Below, piece after piece: positions 1 to 13,489 of a stretch of DNA of 64,000 nt (its first letter is position 1; each line of letters opens with the position of its first letter). The position numbers were made by a program, and so were the translations under genes. The notes under the pieces were generated by a model that saw nothing but the letters and a program-made list of their open reading frames with translations, made no database searches and was not told where the DNA came from. This stretch comes from Octopus vulgaris (taxonomy: Eukaryota): positions 36,704,001 through 36,768,000 of the forward strand of contig OX597816.1 in the NCBI GenBank assembly GCA_951406725.2, written 5' to 3'.

Positions 1-179
1 ACAACTGCTTCTCACCTTACTAGCTTATATAGAAATAATGCGTGCTTATATTTAGAATACATATATATTTGACTATCCTGTCATAATCAAGTACCAAATC
101 CTTTTCATTAGCAAACACTTTATAAAATATTAACGTTTTTCTAATATCAGGTTAAATTGTTCTTAATGTGTGCATAGCT

Positions 180-530
180 GACTGTTTAAGAAATTTACTT
201 TGCAATCAGTTGTTTGGCTTCGGATTCAGTCCCACTGTACAACACATCGGGCATATGTACATCAATATAATTCGGACGGACCAATGCTTTCTGAGTGAAT
301 ATAGTCAAACACATCTGTGCAGCATCCTCATTCACATACATCATTATATGAATCCAAACATATGTATTTGTATATATCCATTTAGTTATTTATATTTGCA
401 CTGATCACACAAAATACAGTGGTTCACCAAAAAAGAAAATGTCAGAATAAGTATTAGACTTAAAATAAGTACTGAAAATGAGTTGATTGATCAAGCCCCT
501 TCACATCAGCTCTCAAATAACTGCAGGAAC
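180..530 (+). mobile_element. Highly decayed SINE (family A: tRNA-like head plus tail)
   Basis: ggattcagtcccactg...ggaccaatgctttctgagtgaat head and agaataagtattagactt tail resemble the better-preserved copy at 60255-60648. Confidence 0.55.
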
Positions 531-1499
531 AACATAGTAACTAAAGAAACAGCATGGTTTTATTTAATCGCAGTTTGGAGAGTTTACACTAGAATATCAC
601 TTTTGACCTCAAAACCTAATACTCATCTGGTATCTATACACCAGCTTCCATAAATATAAACCACTTTCTAATTACTTCTGTCGCCTTGTCACGTAAACAC
701 CACCATACACATTCAAGTAGAAAATTATATACAAACATAGCTTCTTTGTAACAACACCATACCAGGTGATAGCAACAGAACATCAATTTACATATTGATT
801 ACAAATTAAATTTTATTCCCTATGATATTCAAATTATAATTATACTTCCCCCTATTTTTCTCAATTTCTGTTCTTGGATGTGTTTTGAAGTTGATTAATT
901 ACATTCATCATGACAATACATATTTTTTTAATCATAAATTAAATCATAATTTGTTATAAAATTCAACATTCGTGCATCACAATTCCTCCCCCGAAATTAT
1001 TAGTTTCTAATTTAGATGCAAGAGTGACAATTTTGAGGTGGACTGGTTCACTGGATAGCTTCGACTCCAATTTGTGACTTGGCTGATAATTTAATTTATA
1101 GACTCCAGAATGGAAACAAAGGAAGCTGACGCGTGATCTGAATTCAGATTTATATATGCATATACGAACGTATATATCTACAATTATTTGCATGAGTACA
1201 TGTGTGTGCGCATGTGTGTGTGTGTATGAGCTCTACCATGAGTGCTACTGGAATTAGTGCTACATGGAATCCAGTACAAACATTCGCATGGTCGGGTCAT
1301 AGGTGACTAAACCGGCACCAACACCGGGCGTGCCTGGTGAAGAAGCTTTGCTAGAAACTCAGCAGAACTAAAAGCAAGACCAGCCAAAAGGACAGATGAG
1401 CCTAGTGTAGCACGGGTCCCCAGAAATTCTGGGATGGTGTGCTGCGAGCTGGAAGACCACTCTGAGTGAGGTAGACTTAGCTTTTGCTAAATGATGTCT

Positions 1500-1870
1500 C
1501 CATTAAAATTAGATATGCAAGGAATTGTATTCAACATTTCGAGAACGTTGAGATCATGACTTCATGGCTATCCGACTTTCCTGAAAGTTGGAGCCATACC
1601 GGCACTGGGCATCCTCTCTTAGATTGACACTGCGTCATGTCAGTAGGATGGTGGGGTCTGTGAGGTGCTGCGTAAGCCTTATTTGACTTAAAATCATAAG
1701 ACTGTCCGATGCCCGGTTGAGTAGTAGGGTGCTGTGGCAAGCATGGAAGATGAGGACAAGAACTTGGTTGAAGATGATTTGTAATGCAATAACCTCATGC
1801 ACCAGCATTGTTGACATTCTGCGAGGGAAATAATTAGCGATGGCCTTCTTCGATCACTAGTGGACAGCCT
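1500..1870 (+). mobile_element. Decayed RTE-like LINE 3' fragment
   Basis: Interrupted frame IIRLSDARLSSRVLW...RTWLKMI resembles the RTE C-terminal H(I/V)xRMxDxRLPKxxL...RxTW region. Confidence 0.3.
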
Positions 1871-1916
<46 letters not shown>

Positions 1917-2799
1917 TCATGCACATACATAGTTGAGCATGTTTTATCTTTGTATTACATCACAACTATATTTTTTACGACATATCGATATATCAAAACT
2001 GGTATATCAATGCAGATATTTTTTTATTTCATTATCAGCATTGACAAATACCATTGATTTGGTTTTATCTATCAGCAATATCAGAACAAAAGCGTTGTAT
2101 TTTAAGGATATAGTATCACATACGATAAAAGATTATTCAACAAGAATGAAAAAGCAAAATAGAAGAAAAACTTTCTGAAAAGTGCTATGTGAATTGCAAC
2201 AGAAAACAACATAAAATGCGAAATAATAAAGTCGTCCATTTTGTTATAGATTCCAAACAAATTAACTTAACAAATATTGATTTAATGTCATAACATTCTC
2301 TCTCGTTCATCTGTGTCAGTTTTTAAAGTAGATTTAACTCTACTGATCATTGACTAGTCTGACAGTTTATAAACAAATGTCTGATTATTTAAACTCTATA
2401 TTGATTGACTATTAAAGGAAAGGAAAATGAGCTGATAAAGTGAAAGAAGTTGATATCGATTTCCATTTCGTCTCTCTTCTCTCTTGGCATACATATTTTT
2501 ATGTGTGTGTTCGTGTGTATACACACACACTCACACAAACACACAAACACATACATACGTAAACGTATTAGTAAATTCGAAAACTATATATACATATCTC
2601 GCATTTGTGTTAAAAATATCTTTACGTAGGAAACGTTTACCAAACGACGCAATAAAGGTAAGTAAAATCAGATTTTTATATCAATAATATATTGATAAAT
2701 AAGGGATAAAACGTTTAAACTTACTAAAGCATTACATTTAATCTAGTGGCTATATGTACACACGCACACAGACTTAGAGTGCGGATATGATGCGACACC

Positions 2800-3095
2800 A
2801 ACTCAAAGAAACTGATTTCAGTAATTAATTTTTTTTAACGTCTGGTACTTATTCTGTTGTAACCTTTTGATGTAACAGCAAATTATGAGGAGGTTAAAAA
2901 AACCGACACCGTTTTTCTACCAACGCTGAGGGACAAACAGCAACGCAGAATCACGTACTCAGAAATATACGCGACCAGCTTCGACATAGTTTTGTCCAAC
3001 AAATTTCCTCACAAGGATTCGTCGACCTAGGTTCTATAGTGGAAGGCACTTGCCCAAAGTGCTGTCCAATGGGACCGATCCCAAAACCACATACC
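2800..3095 (-). mobile_element. Decayed SINE family A
   Basis: ggtacttattct..., ctcacaagg...ctatagtggaaggcacttgcccaaagtgc match the reverse complement of 60255-60648. Confidence 0.7.
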
Positions 3096-4729
3096 TACAC
3101 CTATATTTTATTTCTTCTATCCAGATATAAATTCATGTTCAAGTAGTCGTATGTTTAGAACAACCACCACAATACCTAAAGAACACAAAGTAGTAAGAGA
3201 TAGTTTTAATTGGATGTTACTAGAAAGTTCGACTATTACGTTGCACTGGAGAAACATTTATGGAATTGATTTGCTCCTGTTGATCTGAAAGTGGCAAAAA
3301 AAGAGACACCCAGAAAAATTAGCATCGGACAAATCTACGCATGTTCTTTGTCAAATGAATCTATCAGGTAATTGAGAAGTGAAATTTTGCCTTTCAAAAA
3401 GTAGATGAACATCCTTGTACTGCTGCATGTGTTGTGTAGTAGTGAAATAATGTAACCCGGGGCATACAATGGAAGGAACATTGCATTATATATTTTCTAA
3501 AACTCTCATTGGACAGAGAGGTGCAGTCGAAACTTGCTGAACCGTTAACTCAGAGATCTGTTGATCGAAACTACTTTTTTTCAACAAATGAGTACTATTT
3601 TTGATACTTACACATCGCAATTGAATTGCATGCAAATATACTAACATTATACTTGTGTGTGTGTGTGCGTGCGTGCGTGCATGTGTATATGTGTATATGT
3701 TTGTATGTATGCAAGAGAAGGTACACATTGTATTTTCAATAGAAATTTACTCATGGTCAAGAGACCACCAAGTGACTGGAGTAAACACCGGACCCCCAAG
3801 TAGTGAAGTGGGCCGCGACGACAGCCACAACAAAATTATTCACGTAGTATATTGAGTTTACAAGCTCGCATGCTACGCTACATTAGGAAAACACTTGAAT
3901 TAACTTGCTTCTTGAAATATCTTGCAACATGACTAATGATAACTAATGAACGAATTTTATATCTCAAATATATAATGTTAAACTTAGCTATGCACGGAAA
4001 CAGGTAAATTTGAATCATAAAGTTTATCAATCCTGCAAGTGACTGCCCAACGCCATAAGACTACTGGCCTTGTGCGAAAAGTGGAAAACATTGTCATTTC
4101 TATTATCATAATACCAATTATTGCGGTATTATAATCAGATGTGTAACGAAGGTTTAGACGGCAAACGCAGATAGTATTTACTATGGCCTGGAGTGGGGAG
4201 CATCGTGCATTTTTTAAAAATACAAAGTTTTTTTCTGATATCTTCATGTGTTTGTTTTTTTTAACTTTTGAAATAGGGGCAGCCTTTCTGCCGCACCGTG
4301 TAGTTAAAGGTTCGACAAAAAATGCCTCATCTGGTTTGCAATGATAGTCATACTAAATCAAGCACAATGTGGGCCTATCTGCAGACAAATTACACAAATA
4401 AGAGATATGCATGATGTCAAGTACCACAGAAATGTGATATTCATTTATATCTAATTGTATAAATGGCTTTCTGGCATCATCATGACACTTAAAACCGGTT
4501 AGATTGAAAAGAGTTGAAGTTCCTCAAGTTTGATGCTTTCCATTTACTGAAGACCCCTAAGCCACGAGTTTTGTTTTTACTTTTGTATTTGCATTTAGTT
4601 TACATTTGTTTGAAAAATTATGTTTTTAAAGTTACGTCAAGCTCCATAGATGGGTCTGTCAAATATATCCTTAACAATGGTGACAATACTGGAAATATTG
4701 ATAAAATGGACATTAAAGTTTGTGAAAAA

Positions 4730-4840
4730 CCATGATACGATTAAGCAAAATAGATTTCATTTTTGAAATCAACGCCCCAAAATTACCAGCAGCATGTCTC
4801 CAACACCAGACGACAAAAATGCCGTGTTCCCCATTGTTAT
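4730..4840. mobile_element. Possible terminus of a DNA transposon
   Basis: tttttgaaatcaacgccccaaaattacc...gtgttccccattgttat resembles termini of Tc1/mariner-superfamily (m44-like) elements; partner end not found. Confidence 0.3.
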
Positions 4841-5348
4841 AATAGCATTTGTATTATGTACTATTCTTAATGATACATAATGATACCGCCATAAATCTGC
4901 AGTAATTGCTTATTACTGCGCATGAAATTATATGTGATATATATATCATTATCATATTGCTCTTTGTTTGAGGTTGTTCATGTTCTTTGCTTTTTTAAAA
5001 GTTTTCTGTAAAGTGCGTTGCGGCAAAAAGTAATATTTGCTATTAAATGCATTATATGTATTTCTATAATTTTTTATAATTACCACAAAAGTGCATCATA
5101 TGTGTGTATATGTATGCAAATATTTCTGTTTATACATATGTGTCTGTATGTATGTTGTATGTGTGTCAGTGTCTGTGTAGAACAAACAAGAGAATTAGAA
5201 CGCAAAACACGCACATACACACGCACACACACACACACACAGACAGACACACACATACATATATAAAGGTAAAGTTACTTAAAGTGCTGAAATGTCTTTT
5301 TTACACACGCACATATGTAAATATATATTCTTGTCCCATTTTGTATTT

Positions 5349-5665
<317 letters not shown>

Positions 5666-5719
5666 TCGGCGTACGTACGCTTTGTTCTTTTATATGTAAG
5701 TATACACTTTACATAATTT

Positions 5720-6428
5720 TGTACGATTCTATTTCTATCAACCCTTTCATGCTTATTCGTTCATTCCAATCTCCGTTCTTTCTCCCCCCCCCACCTCTCA
5801 CTTTTCTTTGCCCTCTTCTCTTACTCACTTTTCACTTCACGGTGTCCCTGTCATTTTTTTCTCGCCCCTTCTTAATTCTTCAGTCCATTTGCTTCTATAA
5901 CTGTTTCTCTCTCTTCTCTTCCCCCTCCTTGATTCTCTTGTTCCTCTTGTTCTCTCTCATCTCTTCCCACGTGGCCGATAGACCAGACTGCTAGCTCTCT
6001 TTTTGGGTCTAACCGTGGTCAGTGCAACATCGATATTCTTCCCTGTGTTCGTACAACTCTTGTATCTCTGCCGTAAGGCTTCATTTCCACACACGCCAGC
6101 TGAATTCAATTCATCGCCAGTCGAAAGACACCTGTTGCTATGTCCTGTTATTATTTTTATTGTATTTATATTGTATTTATATTTGTGTAACGCCGTCTGT
6201 TTTTCCGTCCATGTTTTCATTTACATTCGATGCTTTCTTCCAAGGAATCTAATGCTCTTAGCTTAGTTTTTCCTTTGGGGCTGGCCAGATTGGAGCAATT
6301 TCAAGACTAATCAGCCGAAATTGCGAGGAAGACCTGGTTCTTCAGTGAGTATAGAAAGCTTCAAATGACCCTTCCTTGTTTTTTTTGCATCGTCTATCTG
6401 GATGTTTTGTTTCTCTTTTTGTATTTCA
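5720..6428. mobile_element. Unclassified interspersed repeat (pyrimidine-rich arm plus structured 3' part)
   Basis: Higher-GC block bounded by microsatellites, no coding motif recognised. Confidence 0.35.
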
Positions 6429-6469
6429 TATATATATGTGTGTGTGTGTGTGTATGTGTGTGTATTGTC

Positions 6470-6847
6470 GCAGCACCACGTCGTTTACGACGACGAGGGT
6501 AGCAGTTGATCCAATCGACGGAACAGCCTGCTCTTGCAATTAACGTGCAAGTGGCTGAGTACTCCACAAATACGTGTTCCTTAGCGTATTTCTCGGCGAG
6601 ATTCAGCGTGACACAGTGAGTGACAAGGCTGCCACTTTGAAATACAGGTACAACAGAAAAAGGAGGAAGGAGTGAGAGAAACTTGTGGTGAAATAGTGCA
6701 GCAGGGTTCGCCCCAACCCACGCCGGAGATCGTGGAGCTTTAGGTGTTTTCGCTCAATAGACACTCACAATGCCCGCTCTGGGAATCGAAACCGCGATCC
6801 TACGACCGCGAGTCCGCTGCCCTAACCACTGGGCCATTGTGCCTCCA
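6470..6847 (-). mobile_element. tRNA-derived SINE (OR1-like) with intact Pol III A and B boxes
   Basis: Minus strand begins tggaggcacaatggcccagtggttagggcagcggactcgcggtcgtaggatcgcggtttcgattccc: A box TGGCCCAGTGG (6826-6836), B box GGTTTCGATTCC (~6782-6793), followed by a non-tRNA body. Confidence 0.85.
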
Positions 6848-6880
6848 CACACACACACACGCACATACACGCGCGCGCAC

Positions 6881-7126
6881 GCGGAATAGATGAAACAGAG
6901 GCGGCTGAAGAAGGGTAATTTTTCTTGTGTTGTATGTCTTGTACTCTATTTTTTCGTTGTTTAAGAAAAATGTCCATTTCCTTGGTTTTGTGTTTATGTT
7001 TTCGTTTCTAATTGTGTTCGACGTTTTTTGGTGTCCTCTACCCATATATGCATGTATATATACATATAGATGTAGGTACGTACATATATGTATGTATATA
7101 TGCATATGTTTTATTTATTAATTTGT

Positions 7127-7130
<4 letters not shown>
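6881..7130 (+). mobile_element. Short non-autonomous repeat, copy 1
   Basis: tagatgaaacag...ctgaagaaggg...T-rich body ending in (TA)n; second copy at 28430-28712. Confidence 0.7.
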
Positions 7131-7164
<34 letters not shown>

Positions 7165-7716
7165 GTGTGTACGTTTGTGCGTTGTATGTGTGTATGTCTA
7201 ATGTGAAAATAGTATCAACATTACTAGCACCTGTAGATTGGCGGAATCGCCAGAAGGCCGGTGAAAACCTACATGTATTTACGACGTTTACCGTTCTGTG
7301 AGCATATCCCACCGATGTCGTTTAGACATAGTAATTCTGAGGGTAAAACACATTATAAGTTAATAACTTGGTTTTATTTAACTCAGTATAACCATACCCA
7401 GTAATGTGAAACTTACTTCTTGGTGTAGATGTAAATGTTAAAATTATTGATTTCAATGCAGGAATTTCAGGAGAAATATAAAAAAAAAATAGATTCAATG
7501 TCACCGGAGCAGTTACATCAATATTTCACGTGGCTGAAGTTTATAAATACGATGGATTGATAAATCACTTAATGCGGTTATTTTAATTCGGTTAAGAAAG
7601 ATATACTGCTCCAATAGATACCATAGTCGGTTAACAGACAGGAATTTAAGATTAGAATTAACCCAGTTTCCTGCATTAATGGTCACAAACAAAGAAGGAC
7701 ATAAAAATTACACACA

Positions 7717-7771
<55 letters not shown>

Positions 7772-7789
7772 AGAGGCACACACACATAC

Positions 7790-8010
7790 AGAGAAATTAC
7801 AGTGAAGTTCATATATATGTAACTACACTTGGACTGTTGGCGATTTTTTACCTCCTTCTTCCTTTTTGCTTCGACTTTTACTTTGTCGCCTGTTTCCGAA
7901 GTAGAAAGTTGCCCGAAACGTAAAATAAGCACTATTTCTTTCCTTCCGTGAGCGTTTTATTAATACTTTGCACATACCACGTCCTCGCGTTGTTGTTTTT
8001 TCTTTCCTGT
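7790..8010 (+). mobile_element. Decayed Penelope pLTR-like fragment with eroded hammerhead motif (7892-7925)
   Basis: gtttccgaagtagaaagttgcccgaaacgtaaaa...ccacgtcctcgcgttgttg, paralogous to 8085-8300. Confidence 0.55.
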
Positions 8011-8024
8011 TGTCTTTTTTTCTC

Positions 8025-8530
8025 CGTGGCTGTGTGGTAAATAGATTACTTACCAGTCACATGATCCCGGATTCGATCCCATATTCACAATATGACCGCG
8101 TGTGTACCGTTGGCGATTTTTTCCCTCCGTCTTCCCTTCTTTGGATATTTCCTTTTTTCCTATGCTTCTGACAAAGAGCTCCGCTCGAAACGTTAAACCA
8201 TCCATCGTTCCTTCTTTCCTGAGCGTCCAATAATAGTATACTTGTTCCACGTGCTCGCGTTGTTGTGTTTTCTCTTTGCGTTTTCGTGTTTGGATTAACT
8301 ATATATATATATATACATGTACGTGTATGTGTTCGTGTTTGTGTGTCTGTGTTTGTCTCCGCACCATTGCTTGACAAACAGAGTTGGTGTGCTTGCGTTC
8401 TCGTGAGCTAGTGGTTCGACAAAAGAAACCGACAGAATAAGTACTATGCTTAGAAATAATAAGTGCCGAGGTTGATTTGGGGGCTCGACTGCATGGCCGC
8501 AGTGAAATGACTGATACAAATGAAAGAATG
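8025..8530 (+). mobile_element. SINE family A interrupted by a pLTR-like insertion (~8085-8300)
   Basis: Head gtggctgtgtggtaaatag...ggattcgatccca at 8025-8080; tail gtgtttgtctcc...agaataagtact...catggccgcagtgaaatgactga at ~8340-8530. Confidence 0.75.
8164..8198 (+). ncRNA. Minimal type I hammerhead ribozyme motif (core G8A)
   Basis: gctt CTGACAA a GAGC tcc GCTC GAAA CGT T aaac: stem II GAGC/GCTC, palindromic ACGT stem III. Confidence 0.65.
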
Positions 8531-9321
8531 AAAAAAATTAAAGTTAATATATATATATTTATATAAATCTAATAGCCACTACGTGTCCTAAACTGAGATT
8601 TGACCAAACACTGAAATGATGATGTGATAACAAGATATTAAGGTAGGTTATTTGAGCATTCGCGAATAAGTTATTACCTTATCACCTCACCATTGCTTGA
8701 TTATTTGGGTGAAGGATGAATTTCCCAATAACGGTGCAGTACATTGTACAAGAAATATACAGGCCCTATGCTATTTTGAAAATAAATAGTGAAATTTCTT
8801 CTAGATAGATGTATGCTAATGTCTACAGTAATACATCATTGTAGCACTGCATGTTAGTACAATATATAGAACGAAATACGTACAATGAAATAAAAGTAGC
8901 TTAAAAGATAAAGGCGTCTATAAAACATATCGATATAATGTTCCTTGGATGTTTCTATAGGTAAATGATTCACAATATTACAGAAGCATATGATACTACA
9001 ATGCCAAAGGGCATATAATATCGTAAAAATAAAGGTCAAATATATTAAAAGTTAATAATTGTGCTTGATTCAACAATTTTACCATCACCTATATTGCTTG
9101 CAGCAGATATCAATGTTGAAAATGTGTCAGGAGAAATATAAAATATAAAGAAACTGGTTCAAGGTCACAGGTGCGAGAGATACAGCAACAAAAATTCTTA
9201 CAGTTGAAATGAATATAGATTAAAACCTAAAGACCTCTGTTGAACCTATCGATATAGCGTTTCTTTGATATTTGTAGATGTGTGATATAAAATAATATAT
9301 TGTTTTGAAAACTAATATAAA

Positions 9322-9395
9322 ATATATAAATAAAAAGTAGGATACGATGAGTATTGATGCGTGACTGGTTTTCATACAAAAGCCTTGTCGAACAG

Positions 9396-9446
<51 letters not shown>

Positions 9447-9548
9447 TTGTACATTGATGTGCAATATATGTATATGACTGTTCGACAAGGCTTTTGTATG
9501 AAAACCAGTCACGCATCACTACTCATCGTATCCTACTTTTTATTTATA

Positions 9549-9551
<3 letters not shown>
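9322..9551. repeat. ~75 bp near-perfect inverted repeat around a (TA)n spacer
   Basis: 9322-9396 is the reverse complement of 9477-9551, one mismatch seen. Confidence 0.92.
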
Positions 9552-9595
<44 letters not shown>

Positions 9596-10139
9596 TATGT
9601 TGATAAATAAAGACAAGGATAAATATGTACATTGGTAAATGAGTAGTTACGAAATGAAAGACGTCAATGTGGAAAATTATTTGCCCGGAGAGCGTAATAA
9701 AGATAACGCTCTAGATTTGATATCGGTTTGCTGACAAAATCCGTAATATAAATATTTACTTTGAAATCTTAGCTATTTGCAATGCTTCCGTTTTATGCCT
9801 TACTTATATACCGTAATTTACGGCAAATGATTCTATATTATAGAGTGTAAACATGGAGCGTAAATATACAAACATCGTCATTTCCTTTCCAAATACTCTT
9901 GCATTTCACATGGAAGCGTTGGTTCTCCAAGGTAATTTTGATGATTAATCGACATATCTTTTGGTTGTAAATACTGGTCTGAAAGTTTGGATTTGTATGC
10001 CGAAAACATATTTCCTATGATTGAACATGTGACCAGTAAGGTGTAACCAAAGAATACATAGAAATTTCTGCATGCAAGAAATCGATCGCCCACAATGTTT
10101 GTCTTCGGACTATTCATACAAACATTCGGATTGTTCAAC

Positions 10140-10760
10140 TAAGTACTAGGTGAGATCCGTGCTTTTAATTTTAAAAAAAATATTCTGTTAACTCATATCA
10201 GGAAATCAGTCTGAATATCGTATCATATCCTACCTACATTTACAAATGTGGGAACTACCTAATAACGTTGCTTTTACATAGGTCAAGCCCCAAGCGTGAG
10301 GCCGAAAGAAAACTCAGAAATCATTCCATGACTTACGACCTAAGTTATACATCAAGAGAAGTCACACAACTATACTGCATTACGCCATCAGAAGAGGGGC
10401 TGCTACATACCAACTAAGAACATGTATAATTATAATCCCAGGAGGCTACAAGCTGACAGCAACATTGATAAATTGACTTATAAATCTTGAACTAATAAGT
10501 GGGACATTAGATCTCACTTTGATGATTATTCTTTCGCAATACAAGAACAGGAAATCGTTACTCGAAGAAGAGGATGCAGATAAATCATTGATGTTCATTA
10601 ACTAAATCAGGTTTTGGGAATCAATATGGGATATATCATGCGTAACTGCCTGAAAATATCCTCATATTAATATCAGTATTTAAGACATGGTACAATGACT
10701 AGAAGACTTTATAAAGAAAAAGCTAGAGAAGCTATTCTGAATATTTGCAAAGGCATTCTA
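10140..10760 (+). mobile_element. Decayed R4/Dong-clade LINE fragment
   Basis: SHFDDYSFAIQEQEIVTRR (from 10512) matches the R4/Dong ETEGFxxAIQDQxIxTR motif, followed by an eroded C..C...HI..C...Y.RH-like region. Confidence 0.45.
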
Positions 10761-12009
10761 CCAGCAATAATTCTCTCTGGAATTGAGTCGAAAACAAAAA
10801 TAGTCATTTAGTTTTCATCTTTAATAAATAATCAATCTTCCATAATTGACTCCGTTAGAAAGTGAAACTAGCTTTAAATCTAGAAAAACAAGTAGCTCGT
10901 GTCGAATGGTCTACGTCTCCGGCACTTAACTCCTCGTGAATATATTTTTTACGAACTATTATTACAAAAAGGTTGAAATAAATATTGGATTGTAACTAGG
11001 GATAAATATTGACGTATTTGTGTTTAAGAAGTTCAAATGGCCTTGCCCGATGCCACTGCATAGCATCTTATCGAAATTTCTCCTATCGCATTCTCATGTT
11101 GATTAACGCTTTTGGCATCATGTTTTGATTTGCCTAGAATTCTGTAAAACATTGTTGGATGACCCATTTTCTTTCCTGGGTGGTAAACTGGATGGAGACC
11201 AGCACCGGCTTCTGGGTGCCTTTAGCTGAGCTATTGCAAACCTTTTGATCAGGGTTTCTGGGTTAAATATACTTTACCCGTTACATCCATGAAGATCACA
11301 GGAGCTCTCAAAAGTGCATGAGCGCTATTTATATACCCCCAAAAGTAGATTATTAAAACAAACATTGGATACTCTTGTATCCCTGGAAGTTATCTTTTTT
11401 CTCTCATCTATTATTATAAATCCATCTCCCCACGCTGATATTACTATACATATAATGCCTAGTGTCGAACATCAGTACCAGAGGTTATTAACGACTGAAA
11501 TTCTGAACAACTGCGTCCTGCTATCTGTACAACTGCATTTCACAAATCAAAATATATCGATTTTTCAGTATCAGTTTCAATCTAATGAGGTACAATTGCT
11601 TGGTATAGCATCGACTTACTATTTTTATTTGTTACTTACTGACTAATTTAGTAGTGTCTGAGTCTTGCATTTTTGTTCATAACAGTAAAGTTTCAAGAAA
11701 GAGTTCTGGTATCGCAGAGATTCTAAACTTAATTAATGCTACGCATATATCGCAACATGTAGGGGCATGTAATTAATGTAGCAAGTCTAAGTACTTCCAT
11801 TTCTTTTAAATTGTCTGGTAGTGTCTAACGACTGGCGAACAATCTTTTTTTCCGGGAAAAACCTCTGAAAATTCTAATTTATCTCCACCTTTTATTCATT
11901 ATCTTTTAGTAGGAAATTAGTCTGCTGCAGAAATATTAATATCATTTGACCACAACTTATTACGTTAATGAAGCCTATAGAATAGTACAAAGTAGCATCT
12001 ATACTGTCA

Positions 12010-12297
12010 CAAATGCACTCACATACACACACACAAACACACACACACACGCAAATACACGTAGTCATATACATGCACATATACATACATGTGTATGTAT
12101 GTATGTATGTGTGCATAAATGCATACATGCATACATACATACGTACATGCATATATACAAACATACATATATACATGCATAGATTCATACACACGTACTT
12201 ACATTCATGTATACATTCAAAGAGGAAGAAGCAGAAGGAGGAGGAGGCGAAAAAGAAGAAGGAGAAGTAGCAGTAGTAGTAGTAGTAGTAGTAGTAA

Positions 12298-12372
<75 letters not shown>

Positions 12373-12460
12373 CAGCAGCAGTAGAGGAGGAGGAAGAAGA
12401 AGAAGAAGAAGAAGAAGAAGAAGAAGAAGAAGAAGAAGAAGAAGAAGAAGAAGAAGACAA
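12010..12460. repeat. Compound microsatellite (CA/CATA, GAG, TAG, GAA)
   Basis: Direct observation; explains the poly-S/R/Y/F/V/E/T/L ORFs. Confidence 0.95.
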
Positions 12461-13489
12461 TGAATGAGGGTGCATGACAAAGAGAACTGTGAGAAAGTAT
12501 AAGCCAACCAGAAATTATATAATAAAGTGACATTAAATTGCATAACTGTACTATAGTTTGAAGTGTGTGTGTGTGTGTGTGTGTCGTGAGTGATACAATG
12601 GAGAATAATTAGAAAGTGAAGCAAGACTTGATCTATTTTAATTGACTGACGTGAGGAATCGCAAGGAAAGATGCCATTGAGAAACGGTTTAACTTCGTAA
12701 AAGATGTTTGTCGCTTTGCATGTGTGAATGCCGCAAGAGGAAAAGTACAATAATAAAATCTTTAATTAGAATACACTAATTGAGCCGATAAGTTTAAGAA
12801 TATATAAGTACAAGTAACACTGTATGTGTTTAACATCTTTCATCACACACAGTCAACGATGGATCGACTCCAGTCTCTTTCTCTGATTGAAATAACAGCA
12901 CCCCTTCTTCAAATTCCAGTTGTACAGGGTAGATCATGATACGTCTCACAGGAATGTCACGATATCACAGCTGGAGTATGGAGGGTTTATCATAAGTCTG
13001 TTTGGTAAATATTGTCATCGAGTAAAACAAAAACAACTTTTATATAATTTTTATATAATTTATATTAATGTAATTTAATTTGGTTTAGGGATCCTAACGT
13101 TTTATAGATTTTATTGATAACATTTAAAATGATATATCAAATGTGATGTATATTTGCCATCTAAATGTGGCTAACAACTAAGGATGGATGTTACTGTAGC
13201 TTGTAGCCCCAGGAGAACATCTTCTCCAGCTGGCTACTGACGCACTTTCTGTGCCCTATCGGTATTTGAAAAGGGAAGCCATCCTTCCCATCGTCGACCT
13301 GACGTGATACGTGTGGACCTGGGTTTCTGACTATTTACTTGTCATCAGCGCACAACAATCACCGATTTTCGAGGCGAGGGGTCCCAATACAAATATGTAT
13401 ATCCTTTTTCCAGTGACTTTTCGTCACTGATCTCGAAAAAGTGTAGACAAGCAATATACCTCGTTCAAAGATTTATTATTGATATATCA

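Noticed and set aside
4183-4215. MAWSGEHRAF transposase-like N-terminus
   Set aside because: Too short; no continuing frame or TIR pair identified
6781-6847. tRNA gene on the minus strand
   Set aside because: Has A and B boxes but no proper acceptor stem closure and continues into a SINE body
6890-6915. GAAAC...CTGAAGA as a permuted hammerhead (also at ~28446-28470)
   Set aside because: Could not find supporting stems
11892-12750. Long ORFs (213, 177 and 114 aa) with homopolymeric runs
   Set aside because: Translations of TAG/GAA/CA microsatellites; the same applies to all YIYI, LSIY, CVCV and poly-K/L ORFs in the window
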